A stretch of DNA of 64,000 nt from Octopus vulgaris (GCA_951406725.2 OX597815.1:188604001-188668000); one strand, 5' to 3'; counted from the stretch's first letter, positions 12,771 through 25,997 are shown. The notes: generated by a model from the letters alone, not told the origin. Made by a program: numbers and translations.

Positions 12771-13611
12771 CAGATCTTATCTACTCCATTCCTTAACTCA
12801 TGTGTGTGTGTGTGTGTATTTTGTATGTTACACAATTTTTGATCTTTGGATATTATTAAATATGCTAAGCCACTGGTTTTAATTGATTAATATCAATTTC
12901 TACCCTTATTATTTAATTTTATATATATATGTATGTTTCTCCAAGTAAGTTTTTATTTGAATAATCATGATGCGAACTCTTACTCTTTACTTGACCTTTC
13001 CTCCCTGCCTCTCTGTCTTCCTCTCTACTTGTCTCTCTACTTGTCTCTCTCTTTCTTATTTTTCACCCTTTCTGGGTTTCCCCCCTCTCTCTCTCTCTCC
13101 TCCTCCTCCTCCTCCTCTCTCTGGCCGTTGACCAGAGCACTACTAAAACTTCCTTTCAGCTCCGTGCCTTCAACAAGCATACATCGACTTCCCTGTCTTT
13201 CGCAAACCGATTTTTCACATGCGTTCTAACTAATTTTTCCACCGTCTAGGCCTAAAAAAGCCCTTATTGTTGGTTCCCTGTCCTGTTATTCTTTATTTGT
13301 ACTGTTTTTTCTACTGTTTTTTCTTCATTTGTATTGCTTTTATGTCCTGTTCTTGTCACTTGTTTTACCCCTCTGCAAAAGAATCTTATTTAATTCCTTT
13401 TGCAGGAAGGACTGCTTCGGCCTGGCCGTGTTCTGCTCTTACCTCCGAAACACGCATTGAGTCGAACCAGGGGCAGCTGATGAAGGGGAATTTTCCTTGT
13501 ATTTTTTGTCCTGTACTCTGTTTTTTCGTTGTTAAAAAAAGTCCGTTTCCTTGTTTGATTTTATGTTTTCGTTTCTCGTTGTGTTCTACGTTTATTTGTG
13601 GTGTCCTGTAC

Positions 13612-13710
13612 TAATATATATATATATATGCATGTATATATACATATAGATGTAAGTATGTACATATATGTATGTAAATATGCATATATTTTATTTATTT
13701 ATTACATTGT

Positions 13711-13753
<43 letters not shown>

Positions 13754-13758
13754 TACAT

Positions 13759-13789
<31 letters not shown>

Positions 13790-13822
13790 CATATATATAT
13801 GTATATATATATATATATATAT

Positions 13823-13893
<71 letters not shown>

Positions 13894-13970
13894 TAGATTT
13901 AGAAATACATGCATACTTGAATACATACATGCATATATATGTGTATGTATGTATGTATGTATGTATGTAT
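13612..13970. repeat. Compound (TA)n/(GATA)n/(TATG)n microsatellite
   Basis: Direct reading. Confidence 0.9.
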
Positions 13971-14212
13971 AGAATAGTATTTATTACCAATGGTAACTAT
14001 TTACTTCAGAGTTTTGCCAATTATGGCTTCTCAGAAAGTGTTTCAAGAAGCCAAAATCATGATAACTTTGAAGTAAACAATTGGCATTAATAATAAATAC
14101 TGTTAAGTACTGTTTTATAAGCAGTATTGATTCCTAGATTCAGGGCATGTTCAGTGTAGTATATAAGCACAGATAAAGCAAGCAATTATATGGCTGTAGG
14201 TATGAATGAATG

Positions 14213-14470
14213 TATACATACATACATACACACATGCAGACATACATACATACATACATACATACATACATACATACATACATACATACATACATACATA
14301 CATACATACATACATACATACATGCAGACATACATAAATACCTACATACATACATGCATACACACATGCAGACATACATACATACATGCATACATACATA
14401 CATGCATACATACATGCATACATACACACTTACATACATACATACATGCAGACATGCAGACATACAAGCA
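14213..14470. repeat. (CATA)n microsatellite
   Basis: Direct reading. Confidence 0.9.
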
Positions 14471-14602
14471 TGTGTGAGTGTAATAAAATAATTCATAACA
14501 TTGCTTTTATGCAAAAGTGTCGTAAGTCCAAAACATTGCTTTTCCAGAAAATGAAAATAAAGTCTCACCAGTCCATTTTTTTTTTCACATTAGCAACAGT
14601 TT

Positions 14603-14832
14603 CTTATTTTTTTATGGCCCAGAAGGGACTAAACATAGAGGGGACAAACAAGAACAGAAAAAGGGATTAATTCGATTACATCAACCCCAGTGTGTAACTG
14701 GTGCTTAATTTATCGACCCCAAAAGGATGAAAGGCAAAGTTGACCTCGGTGGAATTTGAACTCAAAATGTAACGGCAGACAAAATACCACTAAGCATTCC
14801 ACCCAGTGTGCTAACGTTTCTGCCAGCTTGCT
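14603..14832 (-). mobile_element. SINE family B
   Basis: Matches 55692-55924 and 60770-60988. Confidence 0.8.
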
Positions 14833-15157
14833 ATTAGCAACAGTTTCAGCTTAAGACTAACGCTTTGTTGGGTGCATAAAATCATAACTCCATGCATGTA
14901 TGATATTTTCAGTGAGAAATATTTTTGCAAAACTGTCGTAGGTGGGACTTACACTACACTTTTGTACTACATGAGTTCTATATTTAAGAGATGAAGAATT
15001 ATGTACGCTATTTACATTATTTGCATTTGACGGATATTTGTCCTCATCTTGTTTGTTGCTAACACAACATTTTGGCTGACATACTCTCCAGCCTTCATCA
15101 GGTGTCTAGGGGGAAATTTCAAACCTGGGTTCTCATTCCTAAGGTATTTTTTGATGT

Positions 15158-15223
<66 letters not shown>

Positions 15224-15225
<2 letters not shown>

Positions 15226-16701
15226 GAGAATGTTATTGCAGAGTAAGAGCAATACTCAAGACAGGAGAATGTTATTGCAGAGTGAGAGCAATACTCAAGA
15301 CAGAGCTGAATGCAAGAAACAGGATCGAAGCGATCAATGCTTTAGTCATACCAGTCGTGACTTACAGTTTCAATATCATTAATTGGTCAATTACTGAAAT
15401 ATGTAATCTTGATAGAAAAATACGAAAACTGTTGACAATGCATAGAATGCACCACCCTAAGGCAGATATGGAACGACTTTATCTACCTAGAAAAGAGGGA
15501 GGCCATGGACTTTTACAACTGGCAATAACAATGAAGGTTGCTGAGGACTGGATGTTAAAACTTGTCTCAAAACATGAAAACAAGAAAGCATCATACTCAG
15601 TAACAAAACAGGCAAAGGAATATCTAAGTGAATTCCGAATACAACAAATTTCGGAATTAGACACACAAGAAACAAGCACAGAAAAAGCTAAGTGCATGAA
15701 AACCCGTGCTAAAACTGCTGCCTTAGATATTCTGAATGATAAATGGCAAGAAAAACCTCTCAATGGCAAATACCCAAAGAGAGTGAATAATGCAGATGTT
15801 GACAAAGCCCTGACCCATCAATGGCTAATGGCCTCTGGCTTAAAATCTGAAACAAAAGGGTTTATCATAGCAGCTCAAGATCAATGTCTACCAACAAGGA
15901 ACTACCAGGCCAACATATTAAAGAACGGCAGTAGCCCAACATGTCGTGTATGTCAACAACAAAATGAAACCATTGATCATGTTGTCTCCAAGTGTAGTCT
16001 TTTTGTGCCTACAGAGTATCTCAACAGGCATGATAAAGCTGCACAATATATTCACTGGGCAATTTCCTGAAGCCTGGTCTTGTCCCATGATAAAAACTGG
16101 AGGGAACACAAACCACCTCCAGTGCTTGAAAATGACCACATCTCACTCCTCTGGAACTTCACCATTCAAACTGACAGAAAGATAGACGCGAATAGGCCAG
16201 ACATTATAGTAAAAGACTTCAGACAAAAAACATGCCTCCTCATTGATATGACTGTCCCAATCGATATAAACGTATCTGCCAAGACCTACCAGAAACTGAG
16301 CAAATATAAAGATCTGGAAATAGAAATCAGCAAAATGTGGAACCTGAAGACTAAAACAATACCTGTTGTCATAGGTGCCCTGGGAATGATAGCAAAAGGG
16401 GCTGATTGCTACCTAACTCAGATACCAGGAAACCCCAAAATGGCAGAAATTCAAAAGATAGTGCTCATGGGAACTGCTCATATCCTACGCAAAATACTTT
16501 CTTTGTAATCTCAAGTGTTAAAACAAACATAATTTTCGTATGGTTTTTTAGGTATTCACTAGTACAACACTAAGTACAAAACCAAATATATGGCACCCTA
16601 GGCATAACACCAACATGAACTTTTAACTTGTTGTCTCTTGAGGTCTCTGAGTGAGATTTGGAGCCAGCTTGTGAAAATGTAAAGCAAAAGTCAAACATAG
16701 A
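15224..16701 (+). mobile_element. 5'-truncated non-LTR retrotransposon, R4/Dong-like (post-RT region, CCHC knuckle, RLE endonuclease), frameshifted
   Basis: CRVCQQQNETIDHVVSKC knuckle; RPDIIVKD...LIDMTVP...KLSKYKDL...PVVIGALG PD-(D/E)xK domain; stop at 16508; 3'UTR to 16701; (TAA)n on both sides; frameshift near 16065. Confidence 0.88.
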
Positions 16702-16709
16702 ATAATAAT

Positions 16710-16771
<62 letters not shown>

Positions 16772-16838
16772 TGATAATAATAATAACAGCATTGAAAAAT
16801 AACATAGGAATGAGAACCCAGGTTCGAAATTTCCCCAA

Positions 16839-16884
16839 GACACCTGATGAAGGCTGGAGGGTATATCAGCTGAAACGTTGTGTT
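16839..16884 (+). ncRNA. Minimal type-I hammerhead ribozyme motif (family H)
   Basis: GACAC-CTGATGA-A-GGCTGG-agggtata-TCAGCT-GAAACGTT-GTGTT: stem I GACAC/GTGTT, stem II, palindromic ACGT stem III. Confidence 0.75.
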
Positions 16885-17229
16885 AACAACAAACAAGATG
16901 AGGACAAATAACTGTCAATTGTAAATAATGTAAATAATGTTGTACTACACTTCGAAAATTTTCACGTCTTGGCATCTGAAGCAGCTGGAGAGATATGATA
17001 GATTGACCGAAAGAATAGGCTATTGCAAGCAAAATTAAATATTGGAAAAAATGCATTTGGCCTGATTTGGACATACGACAGTTTCACATAATAGCAACAA
17101 TATGCTTGTGCTTGTTCTACCTTTTTGAATTGCAAAATAACAAAGCAGCTGAGGGGAGGTCAGGGATCTGAAAATGTTTTGCATTGGTACTAATTGCAAT
17201 TTGTCTAAGAAATTTAAACGTAGAAATTT

Positions 17230-17491
17230 AGGCGTAGGAGTGGTTGTGTTGTAAGTAGCTTGCTTACAAACCACATGGTTCCGGTTTCAGTCCCACTGCG
17301 TGGCACCTTGGGCAAGTGTCTTCTACTATAGCCTGGGGCTGACCAAAGCCTTGTGAATGGATTTGGTAGACGGAAACTGAAAGAAGCCTGTCGTATATAT
17401 GTGTATATATATATATATATACGACAGGCTTCTTTCAGTTTCCGTCTACCAAATCCACTCACAAGGCTTTGGTCGGCCCCAGGCTATAGTA

Positions 17492-17578
<87 letters not shown>

Positions 17579-17800
17579 TATATGTTTGTGTGTCTGTGTT
17601 TGTCCCCCTAACATTGCTTGACAACTGATGCTGGTGTGTTTACGTCCCCCGTAACTTAGCGGTTCGGCAAAAAGAGACCGATAGAATAAGTACTAGGCTT
17701 TCAAAGAATAAGTCCTGGGGTCGATTTGCTCGACTAAATAAAGGCGGTGCTCCAGCATGGCCGCAGTCAAACGACTGAAACAAGCAAAAGAGTAATGAGT
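17230..17800 (+). mobile_element. SINE family A with an internal inverted duplication
   Basis: Full head to tail; 17421-17492 is the reverse complement of 17323-17394. Confidence 0.9.
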
Positions 17801-18296
17801 ATATACTCTTTCATATTATTCCAATAGCCATTAATTTAAAATTCTGCAGTCGGCTCTAATTTATGGTGCTGTTGACGGCAGATTACTCCAAGTCTGTTTT
17901 GTGGTGTAATAAAAATGCTAATAACACTGCCAGCCTCCAACAACTCATCTACAGATGCTTTTGTGCGTCGTCTTCTATGTTTGAATGTAGCATGACGAAG
18001 CCTGTTGTTATAGATATTGATGTTTTAACTACACACATTAATGATAATTCTATGGTATCCTCTCCAAATCCATTTGTAACTTTGCTTCAGGCATTTTTCC
18101 TAATCTTAAAGAATGAGTATAATCATCATAAGGTTCCAGATGGAATATTGTTGTGGTAATTTGTTTTAATTCATATTCCATAAGACCACTGGGATTTAAA
18201 AACTAATTGGTTGTATTGAAAATATAGAGAAAGAAAGTATAATAAAGACATCAGTAGCAGAATTTGAATTGGTGCTATTATTTCTTATAGCTGAGC

Positions 18297-18844
<548 letters not shown>

Positions 18845-19117
18845 TGGTAAGAGAAAAACTGACTGTAGCATTTTGACATGTAATTATGTTGAAATGTCTC
18901 TGGATAATTTAGTTGTGTTGAAACTAAACTTATTTGAATTTAATCATATAAAACCGTAACAGACTGTGAGTAATGTGACTTTAAAATCATTGAAATATTG
19001 AAAAACAGCTTATAATAAACGGAGCCCATAGACTCATAGAGAGATAATAACAACGTCAATATAGGAAATAGGAAAACACTTTTATTTAATTCTCAAAGGT
19101 TTTACAGAAAACCAGAC

Positions 19118-19154
<37 letters not shown>

Positions 19155-19457
19155 TCATGTCCATATCAAATTATTGTGTGTATTCACAAAATGTTGTACA
19201 TTCTTTGCATTATTTCCCCGAATAATTTACACAAGAGGAATCCTATAATGGGAAAAAACCAATTGGTGACTCATAATATGCATTGTTTCAAAGGGATTCC
19301 ACATTAAGGATTCCACATTAGGCCCTTATTTTACAGAGCATCTTATAATCTAATTTAAGTTGAAGAATATTTTCTGTTTTATCATTAATGATTTCTCTTA
19401 ATAAAAGACTTCTCCAAAAAAACAGAAATAAGATACCATTGAGAGAAATATATATGT

Positions 19458-19823
19458 TCTTTATTCTTTTACTTGTTTCAAGTCATTTTGACTGTGGCCA
19501 TGCTGGGGCATGGTTTTAATTGAACAAACTGACACCAGGAATTATTTTTTTCTAAGTTTGGTACAAATTCTATCAGTTTCTTGTGCCAAACTGCTAAGTT
19601 ATGGGGATGTAAACACATCAACACTGGTTGTCAAGTGGTGATGGGGGGAAACACACACACACACACACACACAAAGATATACATACATATATATACACGA
19701 TGGGCTTCTTTCAGTTTCTGTCTACCAAATCCACTCACAAGGTTTTGGTTGGGCCAAGGATATAGTAGAAGACACTCGCTTGGAACCATGTGGTTAGGAA
19801 GCAAGCTTCTTACAACACAGCCA
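19458..19823 (-). mobile_element. SINE family A, diverged with an internal deletion
   Basis: Consensus match. Confidence 0.8.
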
Positions 19824-19827
19824 TATA

Positions 19828-20060
19828 TCATCATCATCATCATCATCGTCATCATCATTATCACCATCATCATTTAACATCCGTTTTCCATACTGGCATG
19901 GGCTGGATGATTTGGCAGGAGCTGGCTAAGATCCAGCAGTCTCTATTGCCATGGTTCCTACGACTGAATGCACTTCCTAATTGTCAACCACTTTACATAG
20001 GGTACTGGGTGCTTTTTTTTATGTGGCACCAGCACCAGTGGGGTTCCCAAGTAACTTGCA
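19828..20060 (-). mobile_element. RTE-type 3' terminal module with (GAT)n tail
   Basis: (CAT)n TTTAACATCCGTTTTCCATACTGGCATGGG on the plus strand. Confidence 0.6.
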
Positions 20061-20335
20061 AGACACACACATACATATATCATGATGATGATCATCATCA
20101 TCACCATCGTTGTATAACCTTCACTTTACCATGCTTTTATGGATCTTATGATGATGACCTTTGGGATTTGATTTTGACAGATATTGTGCACCAAGCTAAA
20201 TATACAGGATGGCCCAAAAGTAGGTTTACAGTTATCACGTAGGCACTTTAAATTTCTTATAAAACATTTTATCACATTTAAATTTCTACTAAATTAACAT
20301 AGAATAATGGTTTCATATTTTTTCATAATTAACCC

Positions 20336-20375
20336 TGAGTGGATTTTGTAGACGGAAACTGAAAAAAAGCCCATC

Positions 20376-20426
<51 letters not shown>

Positions 20427-20702
20427 TGTATACATACATATACATGTGTGTGTGTGTGTATGTGTACACATACATATATATGTATGTGTGAGTGTGTGTT
20501 TATGTCTGTGTTTGTCCCCCAACTTTGCTTGACAGCTAGTGTTGCTGTGTTTACATACTTATAACTGAACAGTTCAGCAAAAGTGATCAATAAAACAAGT
20601 ACCAGGTTTTAAAAAGTACTGGTGTTGATTCAATCAACTAAAATTCTTCAAGGTGTTGCTCCAGCATGGCTGCAGTCAAATGACTGCAGCAAATAAAAGA
20701 GA
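20336..20702 (+). mobile_element. SINE family A, 5'-truncated
   Basis: GAGTGGATTTTGTAGACGGAAACTG...GCTCCAGCATGGCTGCAGTCAAATGACTG. Confidence 0.8.
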
Positions 20703-20773
20703 AATGCTGAAGCTTACCAGGTACCTGACAGAACTGTCAGTTGGGAAGAACCTATTATACCAATAAAAATATA

Positions 20774-21671
20774 CGTAGTCCGATCAAAAAGTATCCGGAC
20801 TGTTTCTATAGTAACGAAACTAAAGCATATAGAGTAAAGCCACTTGGCACAGATTGACCTTGAACTCTGCTATGCATGCACATTCAATTTTAACGTTCTA
20901 GCTCACTTTCACTGTTTATAGCAGTGCTCGGAAGGAAGGTGTGTAGTGTGTGATTGTCGCATTGACCATCACAGAGAAAGTTGAGCAGAGAATCTGCATA
21001 CAATTTTGCCAAGAGCTTGGCGATACCAGCTCAGAGGCCTAAGCAAAATTTTCAAGAAGTTTTCATCGTTCTTGATACAATCAAAGAGATCTTGTGCAAC
21101 GGAAACCCGAGTGTCTTTTTGGTCAGCTGACAGCAGTTTTGGCAGAAACTTGGCAGACATGTGTCTCATACCTAAATCTTAAGTGATAAGGGACTGAACT
21201 GAACCGTAACTAATCTGCACATCCTCTCATAACTCACGGATGGTGGTTCGACGATTTCCCCCTCCCAGCTGCATGCACATCTGCGATGTTTTTCTCAGTT
21301 CTGCTGATTGTGGGTCTCCCAGAATGTTTGTCAAAATTGACTTTATTCGGTCATCTTGGAAACGTCTGAACCACTTGTACACTTGTGGACGACGACTCAT
21401 ACACTCCTCTTTATACACTTTCTGCAACTTTGTGTAGGCCTCTGAGCAGGTATCGCCATGACAACTTTCCCTGTCATGGTCAATGTGGTGATCACACGCT
21501 ACACACCTTCCTTCCAAGCACTGTTATAAATAGTGAAAGTGAGCTAGAACGTTAAAACATAGTGTGCATATGCAGCAGAGGTCAAGGTCAATCTGTACCA
21601 AGTGGCTTTACTCTCTGTGATTTAGCCTTGTTATTATAGCAACAATCCGGATACTTATTGATCAGACCTCG
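20774..21671. mobile_element. Mariner-derived element made of two inverted 5' ends
   Basis: TA-flanked with ~270-bp inverted arms; minus strand encodes transposase N-terminal remnants (SEAYTKLQKVYKEECMSR.QVYKWFRRFQD; MRHMSAKFLPKLLSADQK). Confidence 0.85.
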
Positions 21672-22334
21672 TATACAAAGATTCAAGCAACTTCATCTTT
21701 TAAATATGCTATCATGTCACAAAAATTTTAACAGGCAGAAAACAATTTTTTGCACATAAAAACACAAAATCGATGTATGTGTCAGGGTTACATTCCAAGA
21801 ACTCGGTGTAGAGGTTATAAAATTCAAAATCTCATACTGAAAATAGTAATGTATTTTATGGTATTTTCGCCATGTTACATGTTTAATTACGCTTTTGGAT
21901 TTTCATTAACGATATCAATTCATGTATTCACTCTCTCATTTAAAATAGTGAATAAGTTGACTCACTGAAGCTCAGTCCCAAACAGAAAATTATTTTGCAA
22001 TTCCAGGTTTCAGATTAACCAGAGACAGTTGTTGAGTCAGAAATTATATTTAATTTTCTCATTTTTTTCTTTTTCTTTCTCAAATTTGATTTCTATGATA
22101 GAAAATTACAATTTCTTTTAAAAGTACATCATATGGCTAAATTTCAGTAGTTTGACCTTCACAATCTTAAATGCATTATTTCTATTTTAAGGTTGTTTTA
22201 AAGTTACCTTAAAACAAGGATGCAGCCGTAGCTAAGTGGCTACGAAGTTCACCTTGCTATCATGTAATATCAGGGTCGATCTCACTGTACCCGAACATGG
22301 ACAAATGTAATCCACCATTGATTTGGAATGACCG

Positions 22335-22735
22335 TCATCATCATCATCACCATCATCATCATCGTTTAATGTCCGCTTTCCATGCTGGCATGGGTTGAAT
22401 GGTTTGACTGAGGACTGGCAATCCAGGAAGCTGCACCTGGCTCCGATCTGATTTGGCAAGGTTCCTACAGCTGGATGCCCTTCCTAATAGCCAACCATTC
22501 CAATGTGTAGTGGGTGCTTTTTACATGCCCCTGGCATGCTGATTGGGGGGGAGCATTCATGCTAATATGGAGCTTTTTACGGGCGTCAACCATGCTTGAA
22601 TGGTACTTTTTACATGCCACCGGCATGGGTGCCAGTCAGGTGGACCTAGCATCAACCACAACAACAGTTTCACGTGACCCAACAAGTCTTCTCAAGCACA
22701 GCTTATCTGCAAAGGTCTCGGTCACTTGTCATTGC
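22335..22735 (-). mobile_element. RTE-type 3'UTR/terminal module
   Basis: (CAT)n CGTTTAATGTCCGCTTTCCATGCTGGCATGGG...CAGCTGGATGCCCTTCCTAA. Confidence 0.7.
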
Positions 22736-22790
22736 GTAAATGGAATGTGTTAGAAGAAAATTGTGAGCCATGCATATATAATGCTTTTTA

Positions 22791-23187
22791 TACATTATTT
22801 ACATTATTTACATTTGACGGATATTTGTCCTCATCTTGTTTGTTGTAAACACAATGTTTTGGCAGATATACCCTCCAGCCTTCATCAGGTGTCTTGGTGA
22901 AATTTCGAATCTGGGTTCTCATTCTATCATTATTGTTATTATCATTATTATTATTATTATTATTATTCTATGTTTGACTTTTGCTTTATATTTGTACAAG
23001 TTGGCTCCAAGTCTCACCCAGAGACCTCAAGAGACAACAGGTTGAAAGTTCATGTTGTTGTTATGCCTAGTATGCCATATATTTGTTTTTTTTGTGTTGT
23101 ACTAGTGAATGTCTAAAAAAGAAAAAAACGAAAATTATGTTTGTTTTAAACCTTGAGATTATAGAAAGTATTTTGCGTAGGATAACC

Positions 23188-23238
<51 letters not shown>

Positions 23239-23548
23239 GTAATTATTATTATTATTATTATTATTATTGTTCAGGTCTTTGCTCAGAATCAAACACGGAA
23301 TCTTGGGGTTAGTAGCCCGTGCTCTTAACCCCTATGCCATATGCCCATGGGCATATGGCGTAGTGGTTAATAACATCAAAAAAATACCTTAGGAATGAGA
23401 ACCCAGGTTCAAAATTTCCCCAAGACACCTGATGAGGGCTTGAGGGTATATCAGCCAAAACATTGTGTTAACAACAAACCAGATGAGGACAAATATCTGT
23501 CAAATGTAAATAATGTACATAATTCCTCATCTCTTAAATATAGAACTG
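22791..23548. mobile_element. Family H palindromic HHR element with a nested Dong-like 3' end
   Basis: HHR motifs 22848-22893(-) and 23424-23469(+); tRNA-like head 23271-23345(-); symmetry centre ATATGCCCATGGGCATAT; near-TSD TAATG(C/T)TTTTTA at 22779 and 23549. Confidence 0.8.
22967..23184 (-). mobile_element. 3' end of the R4/Dong-like LINE (second insertion)
   Basis: Reverse complement of 16481-16701, flanked by (TTA)n. Confidence 0.85.
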
Positions 23549-23867
23549 TAATGTTTTTTATGTTTATATCTTTTGTTGATATCGACAAAAGATGTAAACA
23601 CTATCAAAATCTGGCGATTTTCAAATAAAGTCTTTTATGTTGTGTTATAAACACTTCCTTGTTACTCTTACAGTCAGCAAGGCAGTAAACCAGTTATTAG
23701 TCTTTTATAACAAACGTGGTTACTCTTTACAAATTGTAAATTTAAAAGCTAAAACAATACAATACTCAAAGATATTTAAGTACCAGACAAAATAAAGGTG
23801 CTTATAATAGGATTGTATTTAAACTCAGTATGATATAATTTAAAAAACTGTCTTCAAATATTTAATA

Positions 23868-24261
23868 CTAGCAGTATCGCCTGGCGTTGCTTGGGTATGT
23901 TTCGACCCTTTAGAATTGGAATTTTTGAAAAGTAAAAATTTTGCATTATGTAGCTTGTTGTTCTCTTTAAGTGAACATTTTTCTGGTTGAAATACACCGA
24001 AAAATGTTGACACAGCAGTCAAAATATCGTAAAAAATAGGGATTTTCATAGAAACAAAATCACCGTTTTGATGTAAATAATTTTTGGTGTTAACATGGTC
24101 CAATTTGAATTTTTTTCTTCTACAGAAGGAAGAGCAGGCCTTCTTCTATCATACTCTCAATTTTGGTCAACTTGCGCCACACGATCTCAGAGGAGATAGT
24201 GTTAGTTGAAGGCTACCAAACCTGCCTTATACAGACAACTTCAGCTTTATATATAGAGAGA
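23868..24261 (-). mobile_element. Non-autonomous Helitron
   Basis: 5' TCTCTCTATATATAAAG, 3' hairpin plus CTAG; homologous to 37349-37689. Confidence 0.8.
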
Positions 24262-25045
24262 TTTGGAAGCATGCATTCACTATATTATACTGCCATTGCT
24301 ATTAATTTTGGCGGTACCAAATACTTCCTACCATCCCCCTTTTGTACTGCAAATCATCCCTTCTTCTTCCGCATGTCACTTGTTATTGACAGTCACCACT
24401 TACTCTCCCCATTGTCTATATCTATTTGCAATCCATCTTGCTCTCTCCCTACCCACCTATCTCCCACCTCAGTCACCCTTTTTCTGACACATCAAACCTT
24501 TTCACTATCATTACCCTCTCTCCTGTTCATCTTTTCAGTCAATTGCTTTGAACAAACAAACACACCATAGAGCAGCAAGAATTCTATGGTCCTACAGAAC
24601 AAGACAACCTCACTAGAGCTGCTGTCACAATAACATGCACCTAGTACATTCTATGAAGTGACTGGAACGTGAGCTGAGACATTATAGGTTTGATCTTTTA
24701 GTCTTATCAAGGACATAACATTCTTCTTAGTGCTGACATTGTAATAAAATGCACTTGGTGCACTTTGCAAATTGGTTAGTGATAGAAACAGAAACCAAAC
24801 CCAAAATTAAACATATAAGGAAGGCATAGTCCTTTGAGTTGTCTTGGAGATAAGTATTTCTGAATAAGAATTCCCTTAGACTTTGTCAACCTGTTCATGT
24901 CATGTTAGTGAATGGGAAGTAAAGAACTATCTATTCATACAAACATATATACATACATGTATATATATTAATATATTATCCAAAGGAATTCTAAATATTT
25001 TATTTATATTCTTTATAATGTTAATGTAGAATATAGAATATATAG

Positions 25046-25084
<39 letters not shown>

Positions 25085-25138
25085 CGGAGATGTACTCGCA
25101 TAGCAAGTGATTTGATCTGAGATCATGTGCTGGAACGA

Positions 25139-25315
25139 AAACAATTGCAGCATGGAAGGTGTTTGTAAGCCATTTAAAAAACACACAAAAGCCGTTCGAT
25201 TCACTTCAACATTTAAGTTTAATTTGTCAAATTAAACTTAAATGTTGAAGTGAATCGAACGGCTTTTGTGTGTTTCTTAAATGGCTTACAAACACCTTCT
25301 ATGCTGCAATTGTTT
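25139..25315. repeat. Near-perfect palindrome (88-bp arms, 1-nt spacer) between (TA)n runs
   Basis: Arms 25139-25226 and 25228-25315. Confidence 0.9.
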
Positions 25316-25528
25316 ATATATATATATATATATATAGTAAAATGAAATGAAGTATTGATTGTCTTATTGAATAGATGAAAAATTGAATATCAAATATTAA
25401 GGGACTAGTATACTTTCTTGCATTTTAGTAGTCTTCAAGGTCCATTAATATATATATATAAATATACTAATAAATATATACAATATAAACAGTGTTTATG
25501 TATACATACATATAAACATAAATACATA

Positions 25529-25566
<38 letters not shown>

Positions 25567-25940
25567 TAGAGAGAGATAAATATTAAGATTGTTCAAAAGC
25601 TACTTGAAACTGAAATATAGGAATGGAAATGTAAGTAAGGAAGAGAGAACAAGAGTTTATACTTTACCTCATATTTCTATGCAGAGGGCGAGGGTGTTAA
25701 TAGCCTTTCATTTTGTTGAGATATGTAGGATGGGGTTCTGACATGCACAAAATGGCATTGTTACAATAACCAATCTGAAATATTGAAGTATAAGGTGAAG
25801 TGCAAACAGATACTGTTGTTCCATCTTCTTTACTCTCATTGCAATATCTCAATTTATTGTATTAGATTTTGAACAATTTTATCTTTAAATATTCCACAGT
25901 ATTTCATTCATACTATACAGTGAGATAAAACATGTGCACA

Positions 25941-25997
<57 letters not shown>

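Larger units (their letters stand above)
14972..16939. mobile_element. Family H palindromic HHR element containing a nested LINE
   Basis: Inverted arms 14973-15158 and 16786-16939; HHR motifs at 15061-15106(-) and 16839-16884(+); direct repeat TTGTACTACA at 14962-14971 and 16940-16949. Confidence 0.8.

Noticed and set aside
13420-13500. GAAAC...GTC...CTGATGA as a permuted (type II) hammerhead
   Set aside because: No stem I can be formed; the 12935-13612 block is probably a repeat but I cannot classify it.
15072-15223. N-terminus of the 332-aa ORF (poly-Ile)
   Set aside because: Read-through from the family H arm and (TAA)n; the LINE-derived part starts near 15224.
17820-18200. Coding-looking unique sequence (also 6100-6460, 10130-10870, 54200-54720)
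   Set aside because: In-frame stops and no recognisable domain; needs BLASTX, likely old TE debris.
25668-25775. Possible minus-strand exon (TTTCAG...AG/GTAAAG)
   Set aside because: Stops in all three frames and no partner exons found.
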